This document shows, piece by piece, positions 40,278-50,908 of a stretch of 64,000 bases of DNA. How positions within the stretch are numbered: the stretch's first letter is position 1; each line of letters begins with the position of its first letter. Made by a program: the position numbers and the translations under genes. The notes beneath the pieces were generated by a model, which saw nothing but the letters and a program-made list of their open reading frames with translations, did no database searches and was not told the origin of the DNA. The DNA is from an uncultured Acidobacteriota bacterium (GTDB lineage Bacteria; Acidobacteriota; UBA6911), in contig CAWEJX010000005.1 in NCBI GenBank assembly GCA_963809485.1, positions 1 to 64,000 of the forward strand. Direction: 5' to 3'.

Positions 40278-40552
40278 TTCCCCCGGTTGTTTCCGCCGGG
40301 AAGTTTCGGATCATAGCATCATCGATCCGGCCTGTCAAAAGCCTGACGGCGTTGAACGTTTCCACGTTTGCACGTTTACACGTTGAAACGTTCAACGTTC
40401 AAACGTTCCACGTTCCACCTTCCACCTTCCACCTTCCACTTTCCACAAATTTATCGCAGGGACCTGCTTTTAGGAGTACTTCGCCTGGGCGAAGGCAGGG
40501 CGCAAGATCGAGCGGAGTGGAGGCGAATCCGCTCGATCCTGCGCCCGGTGGG

Positions 40553-43075
40553 CTACTTTACAATTCGGGGAGTGACAAAAAACAGGACTTCCTGTGTGGT
40601 ACGTGACACTGAAGTATTGCGGAACAGGTTGCCGACAATCGGCAGGGAACCCAGCCCGGGAATCTTGTTTTCCGAATTGGCTTCCTCGTCAACCAGGATG
40701 CCGCCGATCACCGTTGTGCCTCCGTCGCTGATCAGAATGCGCGTGGTCGACTCGCTGGTACGAATGGAAGGCACTCCGTTGACCTGTCTTGAAAAATCGG
40801 GACTGTTGTTCTCAACCTTCAAATCCAGAACGATATTCCCCTCGTAGGTGATTTGAGGGGTTACGGTCAGCGTCAGGGCTGCATTCTGGAACTGAATGGA
40901 GACCGTATTGTTGGCGACAATCTGGACCGGGAATCGCAACCCCTGGGTGATAATGGCGGGGGCATTGTTCTGGGCGGTGACCTTGGGCTGTGAAATGAGC
41001 TTGGCCAGGCCCTTGGTTTCCCCTGCGGTGATGGCCGCATCCAGCAAAAATGTGTCGAAAATGTTGCCGATGGAAATTCCCAGGCCGCCGAAAGCCTTGG
41101 CGGCAGGGAGATTGACATTGAGGTTGCCTCTGTTGTTGGAGCCCACTCCGGTACTGATGGCGGCAGTGTCGCTGGAGGTCGATTCCGATGCGCCCCTGCC
41201 GGTATAGGGATTTCCGGCCGCAAAGGTCGAGCTCGGCGTATTGCTCGGGCGGGTCCCGCCGATGGTTCCCGAGGTATTGGGGCCGCCGACTGTGACGCGC
41301 TGGAGGTTCCCCTGGACGAAGCCGAACTGAACTCCTATATCTCGGGCGAAATCGCGGGTCGCCGAAACGATGCGGGCTTCGATCTCGACCTGCGGCTGAG
41401 GGACGTCCAGGGTTTCGATCAGCTGAATGAGCTTATTGAGCGAGGCCGGGATATCCGTCAGGACCAGGGAATTGGTGCGCTCGTCCACTACCACGGTGCC
41501 TCTCACGGTCTTCTGGTCCACGAGGGTTTTCATGAAAGCGTCAGCTTTGGCATAGTTCAGGCGCTTGACGCGCGTTTCCAGGTCCGCCGCCAGCAGGTTG
41601 GCCTTTTTGAGCATTTCCTGCTGTTTGGCTTCCTCCTGGAGTGTGCTCTTGCGGGCGATCCGCACCAGGCTGCCGTCGACCTGCTTGTCGAGGCTGTTGT
41701 TGATCAGGGCCGCGTCAAAAATCTGGTCCCATGGCAATTTGACGACCTTGATGGAGATGCGCCCCTTGATTTCGGGATCCATCACGATGTTGATTCCGCC
41801 TTCCTCCGCCATCAGCCGGAAAAAATCCACCAGAGGAATGTCGACCAGGTCCAGGGTCAGGGGCTGGCCCGAAAATCTGGAAGCGGGGGAGAGGATTGTC
41901 TTCGGCGGCACGGATATGGAGGGCTTGCCCAGGGCAGCCACAAGTTGCGGTTGAGCGTTGTCCTTTGCCGCCAGTTCCGCGGAAATCTCCGCCTGTTCGG
42001 TGCGCGGAAGCACGCGGACCTGCTGGATAACGGGCAGGGACGTTGTCGGCATCGGGACTTTTTCCGCGAATTCGGCAGCGGCCGGTTTTGAATTCCCGGC
42101 GGCCGGAGCCGTTTTGGACGCACCGGAAGGGGCAGCAGCCCGAGCTGGAGCGGCTGGTTTTTTCGCAGCCGGATCCGCAGGGGGTGTTTTGGGAGTCGGT
42201 GCGGCGGCTGCCGCCGCAGCAGGTTTGGTTTGCGGCTGTGTCTGCGCCGCCGCCGGCCCGGCAGCCGGGGAAGCCGATTTATTCGCCGCCGGAGCCGCCT
42301 CGGTCTGGGAGGGCTTCCTGGCCGGGGCAGCCGCAGTCACAGCCGGCGGAACATCGGATTTTTTCAAAGATGCCTGGGCGGTCTTCTCTGACTGCGCGGC
42401 AACAGGCGCTGCGACCGGCTCGGATTTGGCGGGCGCCGGCGCAGTTTGAGCTGCAACATCTTTGGGATCGTTTTCAGCCTGGGCAAGCGCCGGTTTCACA
42501 GCCGGTTGATCCGGCACGGTGCCGGATTTGTACTGCGCGGGCTTGAACACGATTTTCACGGAGGTGTTGTCGAAGGTGACCTGGTGGGAGACGAAATCAT
42601 CTTCGAGATCGAAAACGATCCGGGCGATCATCTGAGGAAGGCCCTGGAACTGTTGAACTCTTAACCGCTTCACGGAGGCGGCGTTTACCTTGAGGCGCGT
42701 GAACTGGACTTTGTTCAGTGTGTTGGGGAAATCCATGACCAGCCGCGGCGGGTTGTCGACCATGAATTCGTTGGGCGCAAGCAGGCGGTCGGTCGATACG
42801 GTGACGATGACTGTGCCGTCCTCGGTTGTGACCTTCACGTCCGTAATAGCGCCGGCCTTCAGGATCTCCGCGGATGCCTTGGCGTTGGCGACTTTCACGT
42901 CCGGGACGCCTGTCGCGCCGGAGCCTGGCTGAGAAGCCGCCGGACTGCCGGCGGTATCCTGGGCATGGACGAATCCTGGAATGCCGAATGCCAGGGAAAA
43001 GAGGAGGATCCCAACAGCCTTTCTGCCTGATGCAAAACTGACGATTCTGGTAAGCCGAATATTCATGCCATCCAT
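40553..43075 (-). CDS. pilQ: type IV pilus secretin PilQ
   Basis: AMIN domain (NPPRLVMDF), Ala/Pro linker, LPWDQIFD, DERTNSLV, QVEIEARIV, KIPGLGSLPIVGNLF, FVTPRIV. Confidence 0.92.
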   Translation of the reverse strand: MDGMNIRLTRIVSFASGRKAVGILLFSLAFGIPGFVHAQDTAGSPAASQPGSGATGVPDVKVANAKASAEILKAGAITDVKVTTEDGTVIVTVSTDRLLAPNEFMVDNPPRLVMDFPNTLNKVQFTRLKVNAASVKRLRVQQFQGLPQMIARIVFDLEDDFVSHQVTFDNTSVKIVFKPAQYKSGTVPDQPAVKPALAQAENDPKDVAAQTAPAPAKSEPVAAPVAAQSEKTAQASLKKSDVPPAVTAAAPARKPSQTEAAPAANKSASPAAGPAAAQTQPQTKPAAAAAAAPTPKTPPADPAAKKPAAPARAAAPSGASKTAPAAGNSKPAAAEFAEKVPMPTTSLPVIQQVRVLPRTEQAEISAELAAKDNAQPQLVAALGKPSISVPPKTILSPASRFSGQPLTLDLVDIPLVDFFRLMAEEGGINIVMDPEIKGRISIKVVKLPWDQIFDAALINNSLDKQVDGSLVRIARKSTLQEEAKQQEMLKKANLLAADLETRVKRLNYAKADAFMKTLVDQKTVRGTVVVDERTNSLVLTDIPASLNKLIQLIETLDVPQPQVEIEARIVSATRDFARDIGVQFGFVQGNLQRVTVGGPNTSGTIGGTRPSNTPSSTFAAGNPYTGRGASESTSSDTAAISTGVGSNNRGNLNVNLPAAKAFGGLGISIGNIFDTFLLDAAITAGETKGLAKLISQPKVTAQNNAPAIITQGLRFPVQIVANNTVSIQFQNAALTLTVTPQITYEGNIVLDLKVENNSPDFSRQVNGVPSIRTSESTTRILISDGGTTVIGGILVDEEANSENKIPGLGSLPIVGNLFRNTSVSRTTQEVLFFVTPRIVK

Positions 43076-43076
43076 C

Positions 43077-43652
43077 CTATTGTGTCCTTAGCCGCTTGGT
43101 CACATCCTGGGTCAGCGTTTTTCCGGATTTCATTTTTGTTTCGCGAACCAGCGTAATGGAGTCGCTTTCTATAGCCTTGAGATAGCCGTCAAAAAGCCTG
43201 TCCCCTTCCCTCAGGAAATAGGCGCGCGCATCCGCTCCCCGCACCACGGCCACCCGGCCGCTGTCCTGAATGGAAACTCCCTGGAGCGTTGCCTGCGCAA
43301 TGTAAGTCCCGGCGATCCCGGGCGGGGCAAGGCCGTTGGCCAGCTCCTCGTCAACCGGTTTGGATCCTTTGCTGAGGCCGACAGGATTTAAAAACGGATC
43401 CCTGCGGTTGCCGGAATTGTAGCGGACCCCTGTGAAGTGAATCGGCGATTCCACCGCTTTCTTTATCGCCCCGACCGGGTCGATAGTGCCGCTTTGCTTG
43501 GTATCGAGCGCCAGGACCGGACTGAAAACGAGCACCGAGACGGCGAGCCCTGCCAGTCCGGCGGCTGCAGCGCAGCAGAGCCGCAGGCGGCGAGCCCGGC
43601 GGCATTGTGCTGCTTCCGAAGGCATAGGAGTCTGGTTCCAGAGGGTGATCAC
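43077..43652 (-). CDS. pilP: PilP-like pilus assembly protein
   Basis: Y..GNRRDPF motif, position between pilO and pilQ. Confidence 0.7.
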   Translation of the reverse strand: MITLWNQTPMPSEAAQCRRARRLRLCCAAAAGLAGLAVSVLVFSPVLALDTKQSGTIDPVGAIKKAVESPIHFTGVRYNSGNRRDPFLNPVGLSKGSKPVDEELANGLAPPGIAGTYIAQATLQGVSIQDSGRVAVVRGADARAYFLREGDRLFDGYLKAIESDSITLVRETKMKSGKTLTQDVTKRLRTQ

Positions 43653-44275
43653 AGCTTCTTCTCCTTCTTTTTACCCTTCACCGCTGCTTCCGGCTCCACA
43701 ACCTGGTCTTCCCTGAACACGAACGTGGTCGCCGTGCAGCTGGCATTGAGAGTTTTGGACCTGTCCACGGAATTTTCGAGGGCTTTGATGGAAATGGTGT
43801 CGACATCGATGATGCGGGTCGCCTGTCCCACCTTTTCGAAAAACAGTCCCAGGCCGTCGTAGTTGCCTTCCACCTCGATAAGGATCGGCCAGTCGGAATA
43901 AAAGGCGCGCGGCACCACCGGTTGCGGGGTGAATTTGTTGATCTTGAGGTTGCTGGACGCGGCCATCTGCTGCACGCTTCTCAGGACCGTCGGCGTTTCC
44001 TTTTGAGCGGGCAATATGCTTTGCAGCACAACCAGTCGCTGCTCCAGCTGCACCAGTTCGTCCTTGAACCGTTTGAGCCGGCTTTCGATTGCCGCTCCCT
44101 TCGCCACGGTCTTTTCCAGGCGCGCAACTTCGGTCTGGAGCTTTTTGTGCTCCTGGGTGAGGTCCTGCACAAAATACCAGTAAAAGGCAAATGACACGGC
44201 GGCCATCAGAACGCTGAAGACGGCAATCTGGGTGGACCGGGGAAGGCTGTCAAAGCGAAAATTTTTGAGATCCAT
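43649..44275 (-). CDS. pilO: type IV pilus assembly protein PilO
   Basis: TM helix plus coiled coil, LPAQKETP, PILIEVEGNYDGLGLFFEKV. Confidence 0.88.
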   Translation of the reverse strand: MDLKNFRFDSLPRSTQIAVFSVLMAAVSFAFYWYFVQDLTQEHKKLQTEVARLEKTVAKGAAIESRLKRFKDELVQLEQRLVVLQSILPAQKETPTVLRSVQQMAASSNLKINKFTPQPVVPRAFYSDWPILIEVEGNYDGLGLFFEKVGQATRIIDVDTISIKALENSVDRSKTLNASCTATTFVFREDQVVEPEAAVKGKKKEKKL

Positions 44276-44279
44276 TCCT

Positions 44280-44849
44280 TCAATCCTCCTTCGGTCTCGA
44301 CAGGCTCGTACAGAGGAGCGAAAATTTGGCGGAGTCCTGCTCCTTCTGGCTTTCGATCAGCTCGAGGTCCACGGTTTGAAAAATGCCGCTGGCAGCAAGG
44401 TTGCTCATGAAGTCGGGAATCGTCTCGGTGTTGCGCGTGAATCCCGCGATTTTTACGAGATCTTTTTTCTGGGTGAGGTTGGTCAGCCACATCAGCCCGT
44501 CCTTCGGCATGCTTTGGATGACGTTGTTGAGAAGGAGCACCGGCCCTTTCTGATTTTCCTTCAATTTTTCGATGATCTCGATTCTGCTGAGGCGGAGCTG
44601 CTTCAATTCCTCGTATTTTTGAATCTCGTTTTCCAGTTCCTTAAGGCGGGCTTCCTCGGCGCGGAGGACTTTGCGTTTTTGCGTGCAGGCCTTGATCTGC
44701 TGGCCGACATAGAAGTACCAGCCGACCATGCCTCCCGCAGCCAGGAGAAAAATGGCCAGAAATATCAGCCCCATCCGGGACACGGTCGGTGTTGTGAATT
44801 TCGTGGGCACCTTGACCGTTTGATCTTTCAGCAGGTTTACCTTAATCAT
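44280..44849 (-). CDS. pilN: type IV pilus assembly protein PilN
   Basis: MIKVNLL motif, TM helix, coiled coil, LMWLTNL. Confidence 0.88.
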   Translation of the reverse strand: MIKVNLLKDQTVKVPTKFTTPTVSRMGLIFLAIFLLAAGGMVGWYFYVGQQIKACTQKRKVLRAEEARLKELENEIQKYEELKQLRLSRIEIIEKLKENQKGPVLLLNNVIQSMPKDGLMWLTNLTQKKDLVKIAGFTRNTETIPDFMSNLAASGIFQTVDLELIESQKEQDSAKFSLLCTSLSRPKED

Positions 44850-44856
44850 AACCGCT

Positions 44857-45918
44857 CTATTCCTCGGCGCTCCGCAGCGCCAAACCGATTGCGATCGCGA
44901 GATCCGGAGCACGATCCACGATCATGGAAGATGAGAATCGCTTTGGGTCGAAGCTTATTTTTTTGAACGCGTTGAATTTTTCGGTCGGGATATCGAACTT
45001 CTGTGAGAGCGTTTCTATCAATCCGGGCGTGTGTGCGGCGCCGCCGCTGACGATCATGCGGTCGATGCGGTCCACCGTCGTCGTTGATTTGAAGAAATCG
45101 TAGGTCTTCTGTATTTCCAGGCAGAGGATCTCGGTCACCGAATCGATGACGTGGCGCGCCTCGGCGGGATCGATGTTCTCTACCGGCTCTCCGTGCTTTA
45201 GCGCCTGGGCCTGGCTGTAGCTGAGGTTGAACTCCTTCTGCAGGAATTCGGTGTACTGGTGTCCTCCGACCCCGACATCCCGCGTAAACAGGAAATCGGT
45301 TCCCGAGACGATGTTGATCGTCATGGTGCGGGCGCCGATGTCGAGCAGGGCCACGGTATTCTGGCCTGCCGGCTCGTAGTTGGCCTCGTAAGCATTCTGC
45401 AGGGCAAAAGCGTCCACATCGATCAGCACCGGCGTCTTGCCTGCCATTTTGATGACGCTGGTGTAATCGGTGACCTTGTCCTTTTTGACGGCCACCAGCA
45501 GGATGTCCAGATTCCCAGTGCCGGCGTTTTCACCCAGGACCTGGTAGTCCAGGTTGACGTCGGAGATGTCAAAAGGAATGTACTGCTCGGCCTCCCAGCG
45601 GATCGATTCGGCCAGATCCTCGTCGCTTTGCACGGGCAATGCGATTTTTTTTACGATTACCGAGTGGCCCGAAATCGAGGTGGTGACGCGTCCGTTTTTG
45701 ATGCCCTGTTGAGTGAAGATGCGGCTGATGGCGTCCGAGACGGGCAATTTGGAGATAATCACTCCGTCAACGATGCAATCCGGGGAGAGCTCTTCGATGC
45801 CGAGGCTGACCAGCTCGAAGCCTCCTTTGCGGGCCGGACGGAGTTCGGCGGCCTTTAAACAGCTCGAGCCGATGTCGAGACCCACTGCCTGCTTGTTGCG
45901 ATTTAAAAGACTTAGCAT
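44857..45918 (-). CDS. pilM: type IV pilus assembly protein PilM
   Basis: VGLDIGSS, EAEQYIPF, LLVAVKK, DVDAFALQN, LLDIGA, SGGAA. Confidence 0.93.
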   Translation of the reverse strand: MLSLLNRNKQAVGLDIGSSCLKAAELRPARKGGFELVSLGIEELSPDCIVDGVIISKLPVSDAISRIFTQQGIKNGRVTTSISGHSVIVKKIALPVQSDEDLAESIRWEAEQYIPFDISDVNLDYQVLGENAGTGNLDILLVAVKKDKVTDYTSVIKMAGKTPVLIDVDAFALQNAYEANYEPAGQNTVALLDIGARTMTINIVSGTDFLFTRDVGVGGHQYTEFLQKEFNLSYSQAQALKHGEPVENIDPAEARHVIDSVTEILCLEIQKTYDFFKSTTTVDRIDRMIVSGGAAHTPGLIETLSQKFDIPTEKFNAFKKISFDPKRFSSSMIVDRAPDLAIAIGLALRSAEE

Positions 45919-46391
45919 AGTTTGTGCGCCTGGATATTTAGGTTTTTCCGAGGGCCTTTGAGGGGGAGGTTAATTTTTTGATTCAGGGATTTCATACGAT
46001 ATTCCGCGAACCTCACCCTGCCCACATGCAGGGTTTCGTTACCCTTATCGTTCTGTTTGGCAATCCAATTGCGCTTTTTTCTGGATATTTCTGGTGACGG
46101 CGGTCACAAATACTCCGGATTGCCGGCGACAAAAGCTGAACGGTCAACGTTCAAACGTTGAAACGTTAGAACGTTCGAACGTTGAAGACGGCAACCATGG
46201 ATCTGCCGCATGAGACCTGCAACCGATCTCCCCCATCAGGAATGTTTCGCCTCCCGCCCATTTATTTCACCCAAAAATTCATGGTGCAATAATAAGGATG
46301 AAGGCATTGGCCGGCCTCTGCTACTGCAGGCGGTTACGGATAGGGCGTGAAACCTGGAAGGTGGAACGTGGAATGTGACACCGGTAGCCCC

Positions 46392-46701
46392 TAATTAGTT
46401 TCTGTCGCGAAACTGGTTTGTGCCGCGTAGCGGCACTATGATTTTAGCCCGGCCTTTCAAGGCCGGGAACCATGGTACAGCGAGCAGCGCGTCGCGTAGC
46501 GACGCCTGAGATTCAGCCGTCGCTACGCGACGGAAAACTTAACTCCTTTCGATCCAGGCCTTAAAAGGCCTGGCTAAATTCAGCTGGCCGCTACGCGGCC
46601 TGACTCCAATTATCGGCTTCCATGTAATATCAAATATCCTATTGACGGTTGAAAAATTTGGCTTTTTCACAAAACCCGAGTTTCGCGACAGGAACTAATT
46701 A
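46392..46701. mobile_element. 310-bp MITE with 23-bp terminal inverted repeats enclosing a REP-like multi-hairpin
   Basis: TAATTAGTTTCTGTCGCGAAACT (46392-46414) versus AGTTTCGCGACAGGAACTAATTA (46679-46701), one mismatch. Internal GTCGCGTAGCGACG/CGTCGCTACGCGAC palindromes. Confidence 0.75.
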
Positions 46702-46706
46702 CATTG

Positions 46707-47097
46707 GTAACCCCCGACTCTGCCGGGGGACTCAAAGAGTTTGACAGCTCCGTATTTTGAAACGCTGAGAAACGCTGATAAAAGCGCGGACAAACACCGA
46801 TTTGTTCGGCGAGGGTCGGCGAGCAAAAGCCGAAGAGGCGCTTCCGATGGAGTTTTCTGCGGCGGCACTGTGGCAAACGCCCGGTTTCTCATGCCCTTCA
46901 TCTCCTTGCCGCACGGCGCTTGCCACAGTGCCGCCGCAGAAAACTGTCCAGCGCGGAGCGCTGGCCCCTGCGGGGATCGGAAGCGCCTCATCGGCTTTTG
47001 CCGGCGTAAGTCAGCGTTCAAGACCGGCGTAACTAGTCCAACCGCTTTGAGCGGTTCAAATCTTTCAAGCCTCCGGCTTTGCCGGAAGTACCTGACT
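46707..47097 (+). mobile_element. IS200-like-ended non-coding element, copy 2 (43-bp core inverted)
   Basis: Colinear with copy 1 except that 46877-46919 is the reverse complement of the corresponding loop. Confidence 0.8.
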
Positions 47098-47272
47098 GGG
47101 AGTGTTTGGCATGGATCCTGTTATTTTACCCAATATGGTTGAGTTGGCGGTTCCTGCCAACCACCTTCCACGTTCCACTTTCCACCTTCCACCCACAGCA
47201 TGCAGGCCGCTATTTCCAGACGATTTCCGTGCAAAAATGGTGAGATTATTGAATGGAAAACGCCAATTCCTC

Positions 47273-47301
47273 TTGACACGCTATCCTGTCTTAGATAGCC
47301 T
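47273..47301 (+). promoter_or_regulatory. sigma-70-like promoter of the rplM operon
   Basis: TTGACA-N17-TAGCCT about 50 nt upstream of rplM. Confidence 0.55.
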
Positions 47302-47348
47302 AAAAGATTGTTCTACTTGGTAGTTAACTGAGGGAGAGGGTGAGGGTA

Positions 47349-47777
47349 ATGAAGAGTTATATCCCCCAAGCGAAGGATATTGAGCAGAAGTGGCATGTTA
47401 TAGACGCCGAAGGGCAGATCCTGGGCAGGCTGGCCACTCGTGCGGCGCGGCTCCTCATGGGCAAGGAAAAGCCGATTTATACGCCCTTTCTCGACACAGG
47501 AGATCATGTCATCATCATCAATGCCGGCAAGGTAAAGCTTACGGGCAAGAAGCTGACCGACAAGATGTATCGTCATCATACCGGGTATCCCGGAGGATTG
47601 AGGGAAACGGCGGCCGGAGTTTTGCTGTCCAAAGATCCCGGAAAACTTGTGCGTGAAGCCGTGATCGGCATGCTGCCCAAATCCAAGCTGGGGCATGTCA
47701 TGAGGAAAAAATTGAAGGTGTATGCGGGTCCCCAGCATCCGCATCAGGCCCAGCAGCCAACGCCGCTGGACCTTTAG
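47349..47777 (+). CDS. rplM: 50S ribosomal protein L13
   Basis: [43 protein letters not shown]. Confidence 0.97.
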   Translation: MKSYIPQAKDIEQKWHVIDAEGQILGRLATRAARLLMGKEKPIYTPFLDTGDHVIIINAGKVKLTGKKLTDKMYRHHTGYPGGLRETAAGVLLSKDPGKLVREAVIGMLPKSKLGHVMRKKLKVYAGPQHPHQAQQPTPLDL

Positions 47778-47828
47778 TCCAAAGTGAAAACAACGGATTT
47801 TACATTTTGCGTCAAGCTAAGGAGTTGA

Positions 47829-48221
47829 ATGGCGATCGTTGAATACTACGGAACGGGAAAGAGGAAGAGCTCCACGGCTCGTGTGCGTCTTTTGCCCGGA
47901 GCGGGCCAGGTCACGGTCAACAAGCGCGACCTGAGCATTTATTTTAAAAGTGACACCCAGCGTACGGTGGTGCGCTATCCGCTCGCCGTTACGGACAACC
48001 TGGGCAAGTTTGACATCCGCGCCATCGTGAACGGCGGCGGCACTTCCGGCCAGGCGGGCGCCATCCGGCTTGGGATTGCCAACGCGCTTCTCGAGTTCAA
48101 CGCGGAGCTGCGGCCCAGGCTGAAGAAGGCCGGGCTGCTCAGCCGCGACTCCCGCATCAAGGAACGGAAGAAATACGGTCAAAAGGGTGCTCGCAAGAGA
48201 TTCCAATTCTCGAAACGGTAG
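47829..48221 (+). CDS. rpsI: 30S ribosomal protein S9
   Basis: [43 protein letters not shown]. Confidence 0.97.
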   Translation: MAIVEYYGTGKRKSSTARVRLLPGAGQVTVNKRDLSIYFKSDTQRTVVRYPLAVTDNLGKFDIRAIVNGGGTSGQAGAIRLGIANALLEFNAELRPRLKKAGLLSRDSRIKERKKYGQKGARKRFQFSKR

Positions 48222-48237
48222 CCGGAGGAGGTTCTAG

Positions 48238-49333
48238 TTGGTTTCCATAACCATGAAGCAATTGCTGGAGTCGGGGGTGCATTTCGGCCACCAGACGAAA
48301 CGCTGGAATCCGAAGATGAAGGAGTACATCTTCGGGCAGAGAAACGGCATCTACATCATTGATTTGCAGAAGAGCCTCAGGCTTTTCAAGAATGCGATTC
48401 AGTTCGTGTACGAGCTGGGAGATGCAGGGGAAGACGATCCTGTTTCTGGGCACCAAACGCCAGGCCCAGGAAGCGATCCAGGAAGCGGCCCAGCGCACCT
48501 CCATGTACTATGTCAACCAGAGATGGCTGGGCGGCCTGCTGACAAACTTTGTCACGATCCAGAAGAGCATCAAGAGATTCCGCGAACTGGAAACCATGCG
48601 CGCCAACGGGCAGTACGACCTGTTCTCCAAGAAGGAAATCGCGCGCTACGAGCGCGAGCGGAAAAAGCTGGAGAAGAACCTGTCCGGCATCAAGGACATG
48701 GCCAGCCTGCCCGACGCCCTCTTCGTCATCGACACAAGGCTTGAAACGATCGCCATCAAGGAAGCCGCCAAGCTGGGCATTCCCATCATCGGCGTAGCCG
48801 ACACCAACTGCGATCCCGACGATATCGACTACATCATCCCGGGCAACGACGACGCGCTGCGCGCCATCCGCCTGATCACGGAAACGATTGCCCAGGCATA
48901 CCTGGAAGGCAGGACGGTATTCGAGGCCCAGCAGAAGGAGCTGGCGGAGCAGATGGAGAAGCAGCGGCAGATCCAGGCGCAGCAGGCTGCGGCCGCGCGC
49001 GAAGCGGCTGCCAGGGTTGCCGCCGAAGCAGCAGCCCGCAGGGCTGCCGAGGGCGGGGAGGCAGCGGAACATGCGGCGGGCGCCGCTGAGGGATCTGCAC
49101 CCTCGGGCGAAGCTCCGGCCAGGCCGAAAACCACGGTGCGTAAGGCACTCCAGCGAAAAGCCAAACCCAGAAGACCCGAGCCGGCGGTTCCGGCGGAAGC
49201 TCCCGCAGCTTCGGCAGAAGCATCCGCCGCTCCGGCAGAAGCCCCCGCTGCGCCGCAACCCGCGGATGCACCGGCGAATCCGCCGGAGGCGGAGGGAGAG
49301 CCGTCCGAAAACCAGAATCTCTCAGGCAATTAG
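48238..49333 (+). CDS. rpsB: 30S ribosomal protein S2 with long Ala/Pro/Glu-rich tail, apparent 1-nt frameshift near 48420
   Basis: [19 protein letters not shown] in the first frame. [27 protein letters not shown] and [10 protein letters not shown] in the second frame. Confidence 0.93.
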
Positions 49334-49370
49334 CCGGCGTTTCGATACACTTTTTATTTCTTGGAACCAG

Positions 49371-49406
49371 ACTCCGATTCCCGGAAAACCGGGAATCGGA
49401 GTTTTT
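49371..49406 (+). terminator. intrinsic terminator-like hairpin between rpsB and tsf
   Basis: ACTCCGATTCCCGG-AAAA-CCGGGAATCGGAGT followed by a T run. Confidence 0.65.
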
Positions 49407-49482
49407 GCATGATCTGTGTGTGAGACCGCGCGCAGGTCTGCGGGTGCGAGGGTTTGAAAAAGAGCAAACCAGGAGGCATGAA

Positions 49483-50079
49483 ATGGCCATTTCCGCAGAA
49501 GCGGTAAAGGAACTCAGAGAAAAAACCGGCGTCGGATTTATGGAATGCAAAAGCGCCCTGCAGGAAGCGAACGGCGACATCGAAAACGCCATCGTGATCC
49601 TGCGCAAGAGGGGGCTGGCTTCCCTGGCCAAGAAATCCGGCCGTGAAACGAAGGACGGCCTGATCGGCTGCTACATACACAACGGCAAGATCGGCGTCAT
49701 GCTGGAAGTGAATTGCGAGACGGACTTCGTGGCCCGGAATCCCGATTTTCAGACGCTGGTGAAAGACCTCGCCATGCACATCGCGGCAAGCGATCCGCGC
49801 TTCATCCGCAAGGAAGATGTAACCCCGGATGTTTTGGCCAAAGAGCGCGAGATTTACGCCGAGCAGGCAAAGGCAACGGGCAAGCCGGAAAACGTTCTGG
49901 AGAAGATCGTCGAAGGGCGCATGTCCAAATACTATTCGGAAGCCTGCCTCCTGGAACAGCCTTTCGTGAAGGATCCCGCGATCAGCGTGCGCGATCACAT
50001 CGCGGCCCACATCCAGAAGATCGGGGAAAATATCCAGGTGCGGCGCTTTGTGCGCTACAAGCTGGGCGAATCCCTTTAG
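49483..50079 (+). CDS. tsf: elongation factor Ts (short, ~198 aa form)
   Basis: VKELREKTGVGFMECKSAL, EVNCETDFVA, LLEQPFVKD, VRRFVRYKLGE. Confidence 0.96.
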   Translation: MAISAEAVKELREKTGVGFMECKSALQEANGDIENAIVILRKRGLASLAKKSGRETKDGLIGCYIHNGKIGVMLEVNCETDFVARNPDFQTLVKDLAMHIAASDPRFIRKEDVTPDVLAKEREIYAEQAKATGKPENVLEKIVEGRMSKYYSEACLLEQPFVKDPAISVRDHIAAHIQKIGENIQVRRFVRYKLGESL

Positions 50080-50128
50080 TGCGGCGCCGGCATAACGCGG
50101 ACGGACGCAGATACAACAGGGAGGCGGC

Positions 50129-50860
<732 letters not shown>

Positions 50861-50908
50861 TCCCCGCTTCTTCGGCAGGCCCGTGCTTTGCATGGAGGAT
50901 AGAACCTG

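Noticed and set aside
48400-48440. Frameshift in rpsB as programmed frameshifting or a pseudogene
   Set aside because: S2 is essential, there is no slippery heptamer, and removing one base restores [12 protein letters not shown] sequencing indel is the simplest explanation.
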